Assembly (NCBI GenBank): GCA_963665665.1
Contig: OY762428.1
Span: forward strand, 1,760,001 to 1,824,000
Reading direction: 5' to 3'
DNA from: Candidatus Kapaibacterium sp.
GTDB lineage: Bacteria; Bacteroidota; Ignavibacteria; Kapaibacteriales; UBA2268
Length of the DNA: 64,000 bases
Shown here: positions 51,301 to 59,926 of the stretch, in pieces
How the letters are laid out: the number at the start of each line of letters is the position of its first letter
Numbering within the stretch: the first letter of the stretch is position 1
Translations under genes and position numbers: made by a program
The notes under the pieces: model-generated
Database searches by the model: none
The model's input: only the letters and a program-made list of their open reading frames with translations
Told to the model about the DNA's origin: nothing

Positions 51301-51341
51301 AGGCTGGTAAATCCCTTAACCGGGGCAGGTAAGTTTCTCAT
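48306..51341 (-). CDS. T9SS-secreted FG-GAP/CRTAC1-like protein with ASPIC-UnbV domain and three ASH/choice-of-anchor-like domains
   Basis: About seven D.D.DG..D repeats (DINGDNYPD, DIDNDGDRD, DYDYDGILD, DWNNDGWQD, DFDNDGDID, DMDNDGWQD, DFDLDGDED); NRDAMGARI...FG......IKVRWP; three I.N.G...L.I...F.P modules; PNPF CTD. ATG 51341 preferred. Confidence 0.88.
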   Translation of the reverse strand: MRNLPAPVKGFTSLIFAYLFIAYSVSFAQDETWFSNITDNAGLTGLPTDKIQICDINGDNYPDILVGTAGLTAGNSSTFSLFLNVPNPDSNSGLKRVFVDFTDESGINKNRDPEKDYREFDVAVLADIDNDGDRDLVTFFYYHRLEWFQPGHSDRPEVYLNDGTGKFTLKEDSGINDIQYYSTLPNGLIDAVGMSYLDYDYDGILDVYVATKFVDYRYGVNFPDVLLKGNGDGSYTYIKNNGVQAVAEPLYGVNVTDWNNDGWQDVLTSPYCRTGGRLLKNMKNGNFTDAQNEAHYTSQKYGGDWYQSDGVWVQKPLCQWEAPTADFDNDGDIDVLQCLIHGGYEERDGKPEGHTHIAVNTGYPDYRLEWDMSLIHRNAPAYAHLGDYGGLFIDMDNDGWQDICIAEGYYTPQSRRLYACIQRDDNEFYDVTADLGLSWVVDASEAVGADFDLDGDEDLFVCHNDPTEGLRMVLLENKIGNEKNWTSVKLTNVPEGCNRDAMGARITTYAGGIAQIREIQAGEGHFGGQKPFIRNFGIDKTNGIDSIKVRWPNADIDVTTIENPPINVVINIDKDGYDGYIKTWEGDKPVVKYNVSVTRFDTVYTGNSKDMTFSIINVGDAPMNITSMSIGDNPDEVFSIGDIAMPQIINPGEKLDYQVNFAPIKRQDYFGTIKFTTDAVNAPVSYHDIWGYGYSPKPFMILSNDTLKYVDGMKDELQTKTLTIENKGEEALEISTITVVNDLNEVFSLDKEYNNITIDAFSSKEITVEFLPAGKWEFTGRLTINSNAFNGAEQIVYLNGISDGPIGILNIDKPFLSFTKTEIGDYKEKEFAIVNEGEQAVFVENIYLDGDYDEIFTFPGAGFPFVLEPSVEKTITLRFTPAEDKKYEYDMCVRSDAYMDTTSCIIVKATGIPTDVEELAEFDNNISIEIVPNPFSAKAEAVCTNKYDKNLEAEIFIVDASGRRVFDVFRGIVIPGESRYKFKAKNLPAGAYYLIFTHENNILQKLMINIK

Positions 51342-51661
51342 AATTTTCCCACTAAAATAAAACACGTTTTTTGTTCTTTTCAAGATATTAAATATAAGTA
51401 TTTAACATGAACAGGACAATTTTTTCGACAGATAAATATATGATAATCTGGATTTTTATTTATAATTACCACTCTAAATGAATAAAAGGAAATATTGTTT
51501 GCCCTAATAATTCGTTTGCACTGAAAAATTTTATCAATTTTTTCTGATAAGGAGACTGGAGAAAAGCCCCAACCCATGCGAACATCGGATTAACCTAAAA
51601 GCATAGTGGCTCATATCGGTGAAGAATATGTTAACTAATTATCAGAGTATAATCGGGAAAA

Positions 51662-52495
51662 TCACCAGCCCAGAAAGTTTCGTTTTATCTTTTTAAACGC
51701 ATTTATACCAATTCCAATAGGATTTTTCAGGGCATAAACCTTCCAATTATCCAAAGCATCGATATATTTTTTATCGGTATTGTTTTCAGCGGCCCATATT
51801 CGGAAATTATCAAAACATTTTTCCTTAACATCAGAAATCCCAAGATTTTTCGTTCTGACGCTTGCAGCCGGTTCATCTAAGTAATTAACAAGGCATTCGT
51901 TTACAAAAGTAAAACCGGTTTGGGTAGCAACTCGCAGCCACAAAGCATAATCCTCTATAGCCCTCATTGCTTCCTCTTCCGGGAATCCACCTGATTTTAA
52001 TACCAGTTCCTTTTTTACCATTGCAGAACTGTTAATAACTACATTCCCGACTATAAGGTCAAAAAACGTGATTATGCTTTTGTTCCAGTAAATAAACTCT
52101 TCGTATGGCGGGTTTTTTCCGGGAATAACCCGAAAAGCATTTGTGCTGACAGCTTGTGTGCCGGTATGCTCCGCTGCTTTGAATTGCTTTTCCAATTTAT
52201 CGGGCAGCCACTCATCATCAGAATCCAGAAAAGCCAGCCAATCAGCTCTTGCAGCCTTTATCCCCCTGTTCCTTGGGGGTGCAGGACGTCCGGCACGCTC
52301 TCCGGGCAGCCAGATAAGGCGTGTGTCATCTATTGAATTAATGATTTCAGAAGTATCATCATCTGAGCCGTCGTCGCAGATTAATACTTCAATATTATCA
52401 AAGGTCTGGTTCAGGGCGCTTCTCACAGTTTTTTCAATTACGTCGGCCCTGTTCCAGGTTGGTATAATAACGGATATTTCAGGTGTATTATTCAT
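51662..52495 (-). CDS. Family 2 glycosyltransferase
   Basis: ISVIIPTWNR, ICDDGSDD, RNRGI, AFLDSDDEWLPDKL, EDY.LWLR. Confidence 0.93.
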   Translation of the reverse strand: MNNTPEISVIIPTWNRADVIEKTVRSALNQTFDNIEVLICDDGSDDDTSEIINSIDDTRLIWLPGERAGRPAPPRNRGIKAARADWLAFLDSDDEWLPDKLEKQFKAAEHTGTQAVSTNAFRVIPGKNPPYEEFIYWNKSIITFFDLIVGNVVINSSAMVKKELVLKSGGFPEEEAMRAIEDYALWLRVATQTGFTFVNECLVNYLDEPAASVRTKNLGISDVKEKCFDNFRIWAAENNTDKKYIDALDNWKVYALKNPIGIGINAFKKIKRNFLGW

Positions 52496-52500
52496 AACTA

Positions 52501-53289
52501 TTAACTATTTATTTTATATATTTTTGGGAATACATAACTTAAAACCAGAGAAGGGAGAATTCTGCCGAACTTTTCGAACGGAACTATCAATGATTCAAAT
52601 AATTTTAAAAATTTTCCAACTTTTAAAAATTTGTTCATTCCTTCTTTTCTTTCGCGGAAAAATGCATCCCTGTTTGTTTTATCTGAACTTATTCCATCAA
52701 GGTTATATACGCAGAAAGGAACAGGTATGTGCTTGTAGGAATATCCAGGATCAAATATTATCCTTAGCGATATAACATAATCTGAAGCATAAACAAGCGA
52801 AGTATCGTAGTATCCAAGTGATTCAAGGCATGATTTCTTCGTTAGCGTTGCCTGATGAGGGATACTGTCGGCAAGCATATAACTTTTCCTGATTTTAGCC
52901 GGAGATTTTTTAAGCAGCCTTTTCCCGTTTTTTAATAATACAACAAGATCAGCAAAAACAAAGTCCTCTTCTGAAACCTGATTAAATAATTTTTGCAAAA
53001 CGAACGAATTAAGAAGAAAATCCCCACTGTTAAGGAAAAACAAATAATCTCCGCAGGCAACTTTTGCACCCTTATTCATAGCATCATAAATTCCCTTATC
53101 TTTTTCTGATATAAATGTGTCAATCCTGTCGGAATATTTATTGATTATATCAACCGTACCGTCTGTTGATCCGCCGTCGATAACGATATATTCAAAATCG
53201 GTAAAAGTCTGGCCTACAACGCTTTTTATTGTTTTTTCAATTGTTTTGGCCTCGTTAAAGCAGACAGTTATGATGCTTAATTTCTTCAT
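52501..53289 (-). CDS. Family 2 glycosyltransferase (WcaE-like)
   Basis: SIITVCFN, YIVIDGGSTDGT, SEKDKGIYDAMNKG, FLNSGD, PHQA, GISS. Confidence 0.93.
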   Translation of the reverse strand: MKKLSIITVCFNEAKTIEKTIKSVVGQTFTDFEYIVIDGGSTDGTVDIINKYSDRIDTFISEKDKGIYDAMNKGAKVACGDYLFFLNSGDFLLNSFVLQKLFNQVSEEDFVFADLVVLLKNGKRLLKKSPAKIRKSYMLADSIPHQATLTKKSCLESLGYYDTSLVYASDYVISLRIIFDPGYSYKHIPVPFCVYNLDGISSDKTNRDAFFRERKEGMNKFLKVGKFLKLFESLIVPFEKFGRILPSLVLSYVFPKIYKINS

Positions 53290-53425
53290 TCATCTTTCGT
53301 ATAAACAAAAAGATAAAATTAAGCAATTAACCGGAGTTAGAAAAATGCGGGAGAATGAAAATATTAAAATGAACATTTATGTATGCTTTCCCGGACAAAG
53401 TCCGGGAAAGATATGAAAGTTAAGA

Positions 53426-56158
53426 TTACTTTACCACCCTGATGTTTATTGTCTTCTCGAAACTGCCTGAACTCATCCGGCAGATATACATTCCTGAGTT
53501 CAGCTTTTCAATCGGCAGGCGGACAGAATAATTACCCGGCTGTTGCAGGTTTGAAACAAGCGTAGATACAATGGTTCCGTCCAGGCTGAACAATTCTATC
53601 TTCACATCCGAGTATGACCCAATTGAATAATCAATAGTAGCTCCGGCAGCGCCAACGGGATTTGGCCGCACTTCTTCAAGAGCGAATTCCATTCCGGGCA
53701 GAACTGCCGAGGGTTTCTTGGATTTTGCCACGAGATCGACTGTGTCCCGCCCGCTCTGATTATAATATACAATCAATCTGTTATTAAATATTCCTTCGTC
53801 AGCAGACGTATAAGATATTTTACAATCAGCGCTTTCGTCAGATGCAAGTATCTTTCCGTCCATGGGTTCAGGCAAAGTGAACAGACCGTCTTCATTATCC
53901 AGCCTTAGGCTGTCTATCGTTACCGGGAAATAGTCAAGGTTCGTAATAACCAGTGTATCTTCTTTGCTCTCGTTTATTTTATTTTCTCCCAAATCCATAG
54001 GATTACTGTTATACGATAATGGTGGTACTATATCCCTGACTACAGCGACAACAGAAGCGGTAATTTGCCGCGAATCTTCATACGTGATTATTACATTATT
54101 ATTGAAACTCCCGTGCATATCGCTTGTGAATGCAATTGTTTCCGCGTATTCTTCATCCGGTTGGAGCGTGAATTCAGTGCCGAAATCCTGCAAAGTAAAA
54201 TGCCCGTCGTTTGTTTCAAGCTCAATATTATTTATCGTAATTTCTTTTGCGCTGATATTTTTTAGCGTCAGTTCCTTCTCATTGTCGTATCGCGGATCAA
54301 CATTTCCAAAATTTACAGTATTCGATGACAACGATAGATACACCCCCTGGTAATAAATATCGATGAGGGTATCATTTCCGGCCCTGTCAACAAAACCAAT
54401 TAAAGCCCTGGCATTTTTTTCTTTATTAATTACCGTCAGATTCCATTCTGTTTCCGAGTCAACACCAGGTATAAATTCATCGTAGCTGAAAGTGCAATTA
54501 AACGTACTGTCCCTATATAAGATTAGCTTAGCCAAATTCGACCTTAATTCGGGATCCAGCGGATAATCCCTTACAATCGCATTGATTATATCGCCATACT
54601 CATCCTGAGTGTATTCCGGAACAGGCGGCAGTGTATCTTTAGGATCCAGGTCGTTGAATAACGCGCCGCCAGGGTAACCATAAGCTCTCACGCCATAAGT
54701 ATTTTCTTTGGCGCCAAAGATATAGGCGGCCAAAGGGCGGTCGGCTTTTACCCCACAAAATTGATCGACTCCCGGGTAAACTACCGTTACATACTGACCG
54801 TAATAATCTTCACCAACTTTTACAGGCGTCGGATTAGTATAGTCTAAATGCATACTTTCCCATATTATTTCGTCATTCTCAACCCGTCCCAATGAAATAT
54901 CGTCGGGAAGCATCATATAATTCGAATCGCATTTAAAAACAATTATCAACTGATTTTCCACGGGAATGTAGCTTCCTGCAATATCAGGGATATTGAATAA
55001 TATTTTTTTTCTGAACTGCTCTATCGGGATAACCGGAAAGGTAAACGGGCCGGAATTCAGAGAATGATCTTCCTCTTGTGTGCCCTGATTGTAGAAGTTT
55101 ACACCAATTGGCTTATCGCTGCTGATGTAAGTCGGCTGATAATCTGATATTATTTTGTCATCAGGCAGCCTGATCTCGGCATAACCCGCGCCACACTTGC
55201 CCCCGCTTTCCGACAGGTGGAGTTTCGGCTGGCCGTTGATATTTATTATTGTGTTATCTTCGCTTGCGTAAACACGGGCAATACCCGGATTCAACCGGCC
55301 GGGAATAACAGGAACAATATATTCTTTTCCGAATGAAAAGACAGGAAAAGTCATTTCAATTATATAATCGCACCATTTGTTTCCTACGGGAATATCCGCA
55401 CATTGATTTGCGGCAACTACCGAAACCGGTTTATTAGAAAGAATCCTGCTTCCGCTCAGGTCGCCTGCATATCCCTCGGACATAAAAACCCAAACGTCAC
55501 CTTTTTCGAGAGTATTACTGACAACTTTTCCGGGGGTAAGGCCACCGGCAGTTTCAGTTTCATCATTCCCAGCGAGTGTGAAGGAAACTTCAGTATCGTC
55601 CTCGGTTGCAGTTATGCAGCAAATACCGGGCAGGTTCATATTAAACTGTTCGCTGAAACCTGGATCCTCGTTATACCCGGAAACAATATATTCCGTTCCG
55701 AGTGATGATTTCGGTATTGCTAAAAAACCGTCGGCAACGGAAGAATAATTAACGCCAACAAATACCGATACGGGATTATCGGATATTACTTGTATTCCGG
55801 AATTTTTATATACCATTTCCGGCAGGGGAGCATCGGCATTTGATTTAATAACCGGATGCGCCTGTGCAGGTGTAAGTTTAATTGTTTTTGAATCAAACAC
55901 GCCTAAGCTTAATGTACTGTAGTAGCCTTTTCCATCAATTTTTATCTCAACATTTGATTCTTCGGTAGAAACCACCTGAATTAATATCTCATTGTCATTA
56001 GTTTCAAGCAAAGCCGGGGGAATCGAGAACCAGAATTCCGTACCGTAATTTGAATTCTGTATTAAATAGCCAGTATTTTCATCGGCTATGACTGTATTGG
56101 CGAGGCCAGATAAAAGCAATATGACAATCATAGCAAAAAGTAGATTTCCTATCTTCAT
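53426..56158 (-). CDS. T9SS-secreted IgGFc-binding-domain protein with two ASH-like domains
   Basis: GTEFWFSIPP, SDNPVSV, GFLAIP.SSLGTEY, ITATEDDT.V, DLSGSRI.SNKPVSV..ANQCA; two L.I.N...I.I modules; PNP CTD. ATG 56158 preferred. Confidence 0.85.
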   Translation of the reverse strand: MKIGNLLFAMIVILLLSGLANTVIADENTGYLIQNSNYGTEFWFSIPPALLETNDNEILIQVVSTEESNVEIKIDGKGYYSTLSLGVFDSKTIKLTPAQAHPVIKSNADAPLPEMVYKNSGIQVISDNPVSVFVGVNYSSVADGFLAIPKSSLGTEYIVSGYNEDPGFSEQFNMNLPGICCITATEDDTEVSFTLAGNDETETAGGLTPGKVVSNTLEKGDVWVFMSEGYAGDLSGSRILSNKPVSVVAANQCADIPVGNKWCDYIIEMTFPVFSFGKEYIVPVIPGRLNPGIARVYASEDNTIININGQPKLHLSESGGKCGAGYAEIRLPDDKIISDYQPTYISSDKPIGVNFYNQGTQEEDHSLNSGPFTFPVIPIEQFRKKILFNIPDIAGSYIPVENQLIIVFKCDSNYMMLPDDISLGRVENDEIIWESMHLDYTNPTPVKVGEDYYGQYVTVVYPGVDQFCGVKADRPLAAYIFGAKENTYGVRAYGYPGGALFNDLDPKDTLPPVPEYTQDEYGDIINAIVRDYPLDPELRSNLAKLILYRDSTFNCTFSYDEFIPGVDSETEWNLTVINKEKNARALIGFVDRAGNDTLIDIYYQGVYLSLSSNTVNFGNVDPRYDNEKELTLKNISAKEITINNIELETNDGHFTLQDFGTEFTLQPDEEYAETIAFTSDMHGSFNNNVIITYEDSRQITASVVAVVRDIVPPLSYNSNPMDLGENKINESKEDTLVITNLDYFPVTIDSLRLDNEDGLFTLPEPMDGKILASDESADCKISYTSADEGIFNNRLIVYYNQSGRDTVDLVAKSKKPSAVLPGMEFALEEVRPNPVGAAGATIDYSIGSYSDVKIELFSLDGTIVSTLVSNLQQPGNYSVRLPIEKLNSGMYICRMSSGSFEKTINIRVVK

Positions 56159-56285
56159 GATAAGCCTCCGGATATAAATTGATAACATTCTTATATATAA
56201 ACAAATCAAAGGATTGAAAGTTGCATAAATATTTTTCCCGAACGTTTATTTGAAAAAATCACTAATTAATTATTCGTTGATTTGT

Positions 56286-56310
56286 AAAAAAAACCGGCGA
56301 GAACGCCGGT
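56286..56310 (-). terminator. Intrinsic terminator
   Basis: ACCGGCG-AGAA-CGCCGGT stem with a T-run on the minus strand after the stop at 56342. Confidence 0.7.
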
Positions 56311-56341
56311 CTTTCCATAAACAGATTTCTAAAATGAAAAA

Positions 56342-58771
56342 TTACTTTACCACCCTGATATTTATTGTCTTCTCGAAACTGCCTGCACTCATCCGGCAGA
56401 TATACATTCCTGAGTTCAGCTTTTCAATCGGCAGGCGCACAGAATAATTACCCGGCTGTTGCGGGTTTGAGACAAGCGTGGATACAATGGTTCCGTCCAG
56501 GCTGAACAATTCTATCTTCACATCCGAGTATGACCCAATTGAATAATCAATATTAGCTCCTTCCGGGCCGGCAGGATTGGGATGAATTTCATTCAATGCG
56601 AACTGGCAGCTTTCTGTAACGGCGCTGGAATTTTTTACCAGAATGGATAAATCTGCGCTTTCCGATCTGTTCTCATCATAGCTGACTATAATCTCATCCT
56701 GATAGTAACCGGGTGAATCCGACTGGAATTTTACTGTCAGTTCTATTTCATTTTGACTTTCCAATATTTCATCGCTAATCGTATTTTCTATTTGAAAATT
56801 ATTATCGTCATATTTTAATGTGATTTCATTTATGGTAACATCCTGAAAACATACATTTCTTATCTTAATTTTTTTCTCATTTTCTTCGCCGGTTTTCGTT
56901 TCCTCGAATTCAATTTCTCCCGGATTGATTTTTACAAGACGTTTGAACACATTTATATCAACCAGGGTGTCGTTTCCGGTTTTATCAAAGAAATAGATCA
57001 ATCCCCTGGAATTTTCGGATGTGTCAGTTTGCTCCAGAGTCCATGATACGGCCCGATCCAACCCCGGCATAAAATCACCACAAGTGAAATTAAAATTATA
57101 GCTGCTGTCCGGGATCATCATAATTCCTGCCATGTTGGAACGTTGGCCTTCATCTTCCGGGAAATCTGTTATTGTTCCGGAAAATGTAGCAGTATTTTCA
57201 TCAAAGGAATATTCCGGAACGGGCGAGGCCGAATCTGCAATATTCAGAAATTTCGTCCCGGCAGCAGAAGGAAATCCATAAGAATCGCACCAGTCAAATC
57301 CGAATGAATAAGCCGCAAACGGGGCTTGGGATTTTATCTTATAAAACCCTGTTGCAGGTAAAAAAAGCGTTTTTAGCATATAATTCTTTCCGTCGGTGGA
57401 ATCAGCAAATTGCTTATTAAATTTGGTTCCAATAATCTGATTGTTCTGAATATTCTGCCAGTTGCCATATTCATCCATAATATCGATTAATTCAATATTT
57501 TCAGAAGCGTTACCAAGAGAATCTGATTCATATATTAAAGAAATATAATTCTGATCATATCCCGCCCTATGATCAATGCCTGGCTGAAAAATATTTAATT
57601 CCTTTTGCAAATTTTCAATCGGATATATATTCATTTGGAAAGGATCTGAATCAGGCAAGGGATAACTGTCCTCCATACACCCTGTATTATATAAAGATAC
57701 TCCGATCGGTTTGTCTGCCGTGATAATTGCCGGATGGTTCGGGTATTCCTCTGTTTTCTTGCAAACTCTTGTCTCTATATAGCCTTCGTTTATCAAGCCC
57801 CCGCCTGTTGTCAGAAAGCCAATATGGTTTCCGTCCAAGAACACATTCGTACTGTCTTCCGATGCATATATCCTTACGATACCCGGATTTTTCCTTATAG
57901 GAACAAAAGGAACCAGATATTTTTTTCCCCAGCAATCAACTGGCAGGTCCGCTTCTACAATATAACCGGCATATTTATTTCCAAAGGGAATCATTGCACA
58001 ATAATTCCCGCTTACAACAGCTACGGGCTTATCCGAGCTTACAACCGATCCGCTTAGGTCGCTTTCGTCGTTTTTGCTCATGAACATCCATACGTCGCCT
58101 TTGTTCAGCGTTGCTGTTTTTTCTTCTCCCGGAAGCATTCCGCCTCCGGTTTCAGTCTTTGAATTTCCACCGAGTGTGAATTTAACCTTGGTATTATCAT
58201 ATACAGATGTGATACAACTAACACTCGGGAAACGAAGGCTCCAATTTTCCCTCAGCATAGGGTCGGTGCCGTAGGAGGAAATAATATATTTCGTTCCAAG
58301 CGACGAAACCGGGAGAGCAAGAAATGCTCCCGAAGAAGCTTGGAATCTTACAAGAACATATACCATAACAGGCGCTGCAGATTTAATTGCAATGCCGTTC
58401 CCCTGGTAAAGGGCCTCCGGTAAAGATTCTTCATTTTGATCTTTTATTATCGGGAATCCCAATTCCGGTGTTAAATCAACATGAGATACAGTGTTTGATG
58501 TAAGTTCGATACTTTTTGAATAATCTTTGCCACTGATACTGATATCTACATTAGTATTGAATTGCGAAGCAATAAAAATTCTTAAAAAATATGTCTCGGA
58601 ATATTCCAGCATGGCAGGCGGAATGGAAAAATAAAATTCTGTGCCGGTGTTATTTGAATTAAGGAGATGCTTCAAATCCTCCTCTATTTTGCTGATATCC
58701 TGCTGTGCAAATGTAGCCGATGGAAGAATCAAAACAAAGAACAATACAAGTAGTTTGTAGCAGTAATTCAT
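56342..58771 (-). CDS. T9SS-secreted IgGFc-binding-domain protein with one ASH-like domain (tandem paralog)
   Basis: GTEFYFSIPP, FLALPVSSLGTKY, L.KGDVW.F, DLSGS.VSSDKPVAVVSGN.CA; CTD nearly identical to that of the neighbour. Confidence 0.85.
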   Translation of the reverse strand: MNYCYKLLVLFFVLILPSATFAQQDISKIEEDLKHLLNSNNTGTEFYFSIPPAMLEYSETYFLRIFIASQFNTNVDISISGKDYSKSIELTSNTVSHVDLTPELGFPIIKDQNEESLPEALYQGNGIAIKSAAPVMVYVLVRFQASSGAFLALPVSSLGTKYIISSYGTDPMLRENWSLRFPSVSCITSVYDNTKVKFTLGGNSKTETGGGMLPGEEKTATLNKGDVWMFMSKNDESDLSGSVVSSDKPVAVVSGNYCAMIPFGNKYAGYIVEADLPVDCWGKKYLVPFVPIRKNPGIVRIYASEDSTNVFLDGNHIGFLTTGGGLINEGYIETRVCKKTEEYPNHPAIITADKPIGVSLYNTGCMEDSYPLPDSDPFQMNIYPIENLQKELNIFQPGIDHRAGYDQNYISLIYESDSLGNASENIELIDIMDEYGNWQNIQNNQIIGTKFNKQFADSTDGKNYMLKTLFLPATGFYKIKSQAPFAAYSFGFDWCDSYGFPSAAGTKFLNIADSASPVPEYSFDENTATFSGTITDFPEDEGQRSNMAGIMMIPDSSYNFNFTCGDFMPGLDRAVSWTLEQTDTSENSRGLIYFFDKTGNDTLVDINVFKRLVKINPGEIEFEETKTGEENEKKIKIRNVCFQDVTINEITLKYDDNNFQIENTISDEILESQNEIELTVKFQSDSPGYYQDEIIVSYDENRSESADLSILVKNSSAVTESCQFALNEIHPNPAGPEGANIDYSIGSYSDVKIELFSLDGTIVSTLVSNPQQPGNYSVRLPIEKLNSGMYICRMSAGSFEKTINIRVVK

Positions 58772-59050
58772 AAAATTTTCCTCTTTTTTTTTTGTTTTTC
58801 CAGTATATATTTTTCAATTTACAATTTTTAAACATATTAATGAAATTTGTGCAGGGATATTTATAATATTACCATGATATTATCTGTTTTCAAATTCCAA
58901 CAAAAGAAAATGTTTTGTAACCGAAAAAGTTTTTCTAAGCCGTAAATTTTAAGTATATTGAAACTTGCGGCAAATTTGATTTGGATTAGTCTGCAACAGA
59001 AAATTGAATAATTGTAATTCAGGCATTAAGCCATAAAAGGAGTTTTTCGG

Positions 59051-59923
59051 ATGAACAAAATTGTTGAAGCAAGGTTTATCGGCCCCGATGTGAAGCTGTT
59101 TCGCATTGATGCCCCTAAAATTGCCCAAAAGAGAAAAGCAGGACAGTTCATTATCCTTCGCGTATCGAAGGATGGTGAGAGAATACCTTTAACTATAGCT
59201 GATTCTAATATTGAGGACGGCACTATTACTATTATCGTTCAGGGAGTTGGCAAAACCACACGCCACCTGAACGGCCTTGAAGCCGGGGACTTTATACAGG
59301 ACCTGGTTGGTCCGCTTGGCAAAGAGTCTCATATCGAGAATTTCGGTACTGCTGTAAGTATTGGCGGCGGAGTTGGTACTGCCATTGCTTTCCCTACTGC
59401 CAAAGCGCTGAAAGAAGCAGGCAACAAGGTTATCGGTATTATTGGAGGCCGCTCTAAGGAATTCGTTATCCTTGAAAAAGAAATGGGAGAAGTCTGCGAC
59501 GAAGTTTACCCGACTACTGACGATGGTTCCTACGGCTTCCACGGATTCGTTACACAGAAACTTCAGGAGCTTATCGACTCCGATACAAAAATTGACTTTG
59601 TTCTTGCAATCGGCCCTATCCCGATGATGAAAGCCGTTGCAGAAGTTACAAGGCCTTATGGCATAAAAACAGTTGTAAGCCTTAACCCGATTATGGTGGA
59701 CGGCACCGGTATGTGTGGCGGTTGCAGGGCTGTTGTTGATAATAAAACTGTTTTCGTATGCGTGGACGGCCCTGAATTCGACGCCCACCTTGTTGATTTT
59801 GACGTGCTGACAAACAGGAATAAAATGTATCTCGAGCAGGAACACGCATCACTCGAAAAGCACAAATGCAATATTGACAGGATGTACGATAAGGCTAAAA
59901 AAGAAACCGGGAAGGAGGCTTAA
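59051..59923 (+). CDS. nfnA: NfnA/SudB small subunit of the electron-bifurcating transhydrogenase
   Basis: AP.IA....AGQFIILR....GERIPLTIAD, GPLG, GGGVG.A, TDDGS.G, AIGP.PMM, SLNPIMVDGTGMCGGCR, CVDGPEFD ([2Fe-2S] with Asp ligand). Confidence 0.9.
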   Translation: MNKIVEARFIGPDVKLFRIDAPKIAQKRKAGQFIILRVSKDGERIPLTIADSNIEDGTITIIVQGVGKTTRHLNGLEAGDFIQDLVGPLGKESHIENFGTAVSIGGGVGTAIAFPTAKALKEAGNKVIGIIGGRSKEFVILEKEMGEVCDEVYPTTDDGSYGFHGFVTQKLQELIDSDTKIDFVLAIGPIPMMKAVAEVTRPYGIKTVVSLNPIMVDGTGMCGGCRAVVDNKTVFVCVDGPEFDAHLVDFDVLTNRNKMYLEQEHASLEKHKCNIDRMYDKAKKETGKEA

Positions 59924-59926
59924 ACC

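Noticed and set aside
53426-56560. Diversity-generating retroelement template/variable repeat pair
   Set aside because: Both copies are intact coding CTDs, the few mismatches are not adenine-specific in one copy, and no reverse transcriptase is in the window.
58800-59050. Rex operator upstream of nfnAB
   Set aside because: No adequate TTGTGAA-N4-TTCACAA palindrome is visible.
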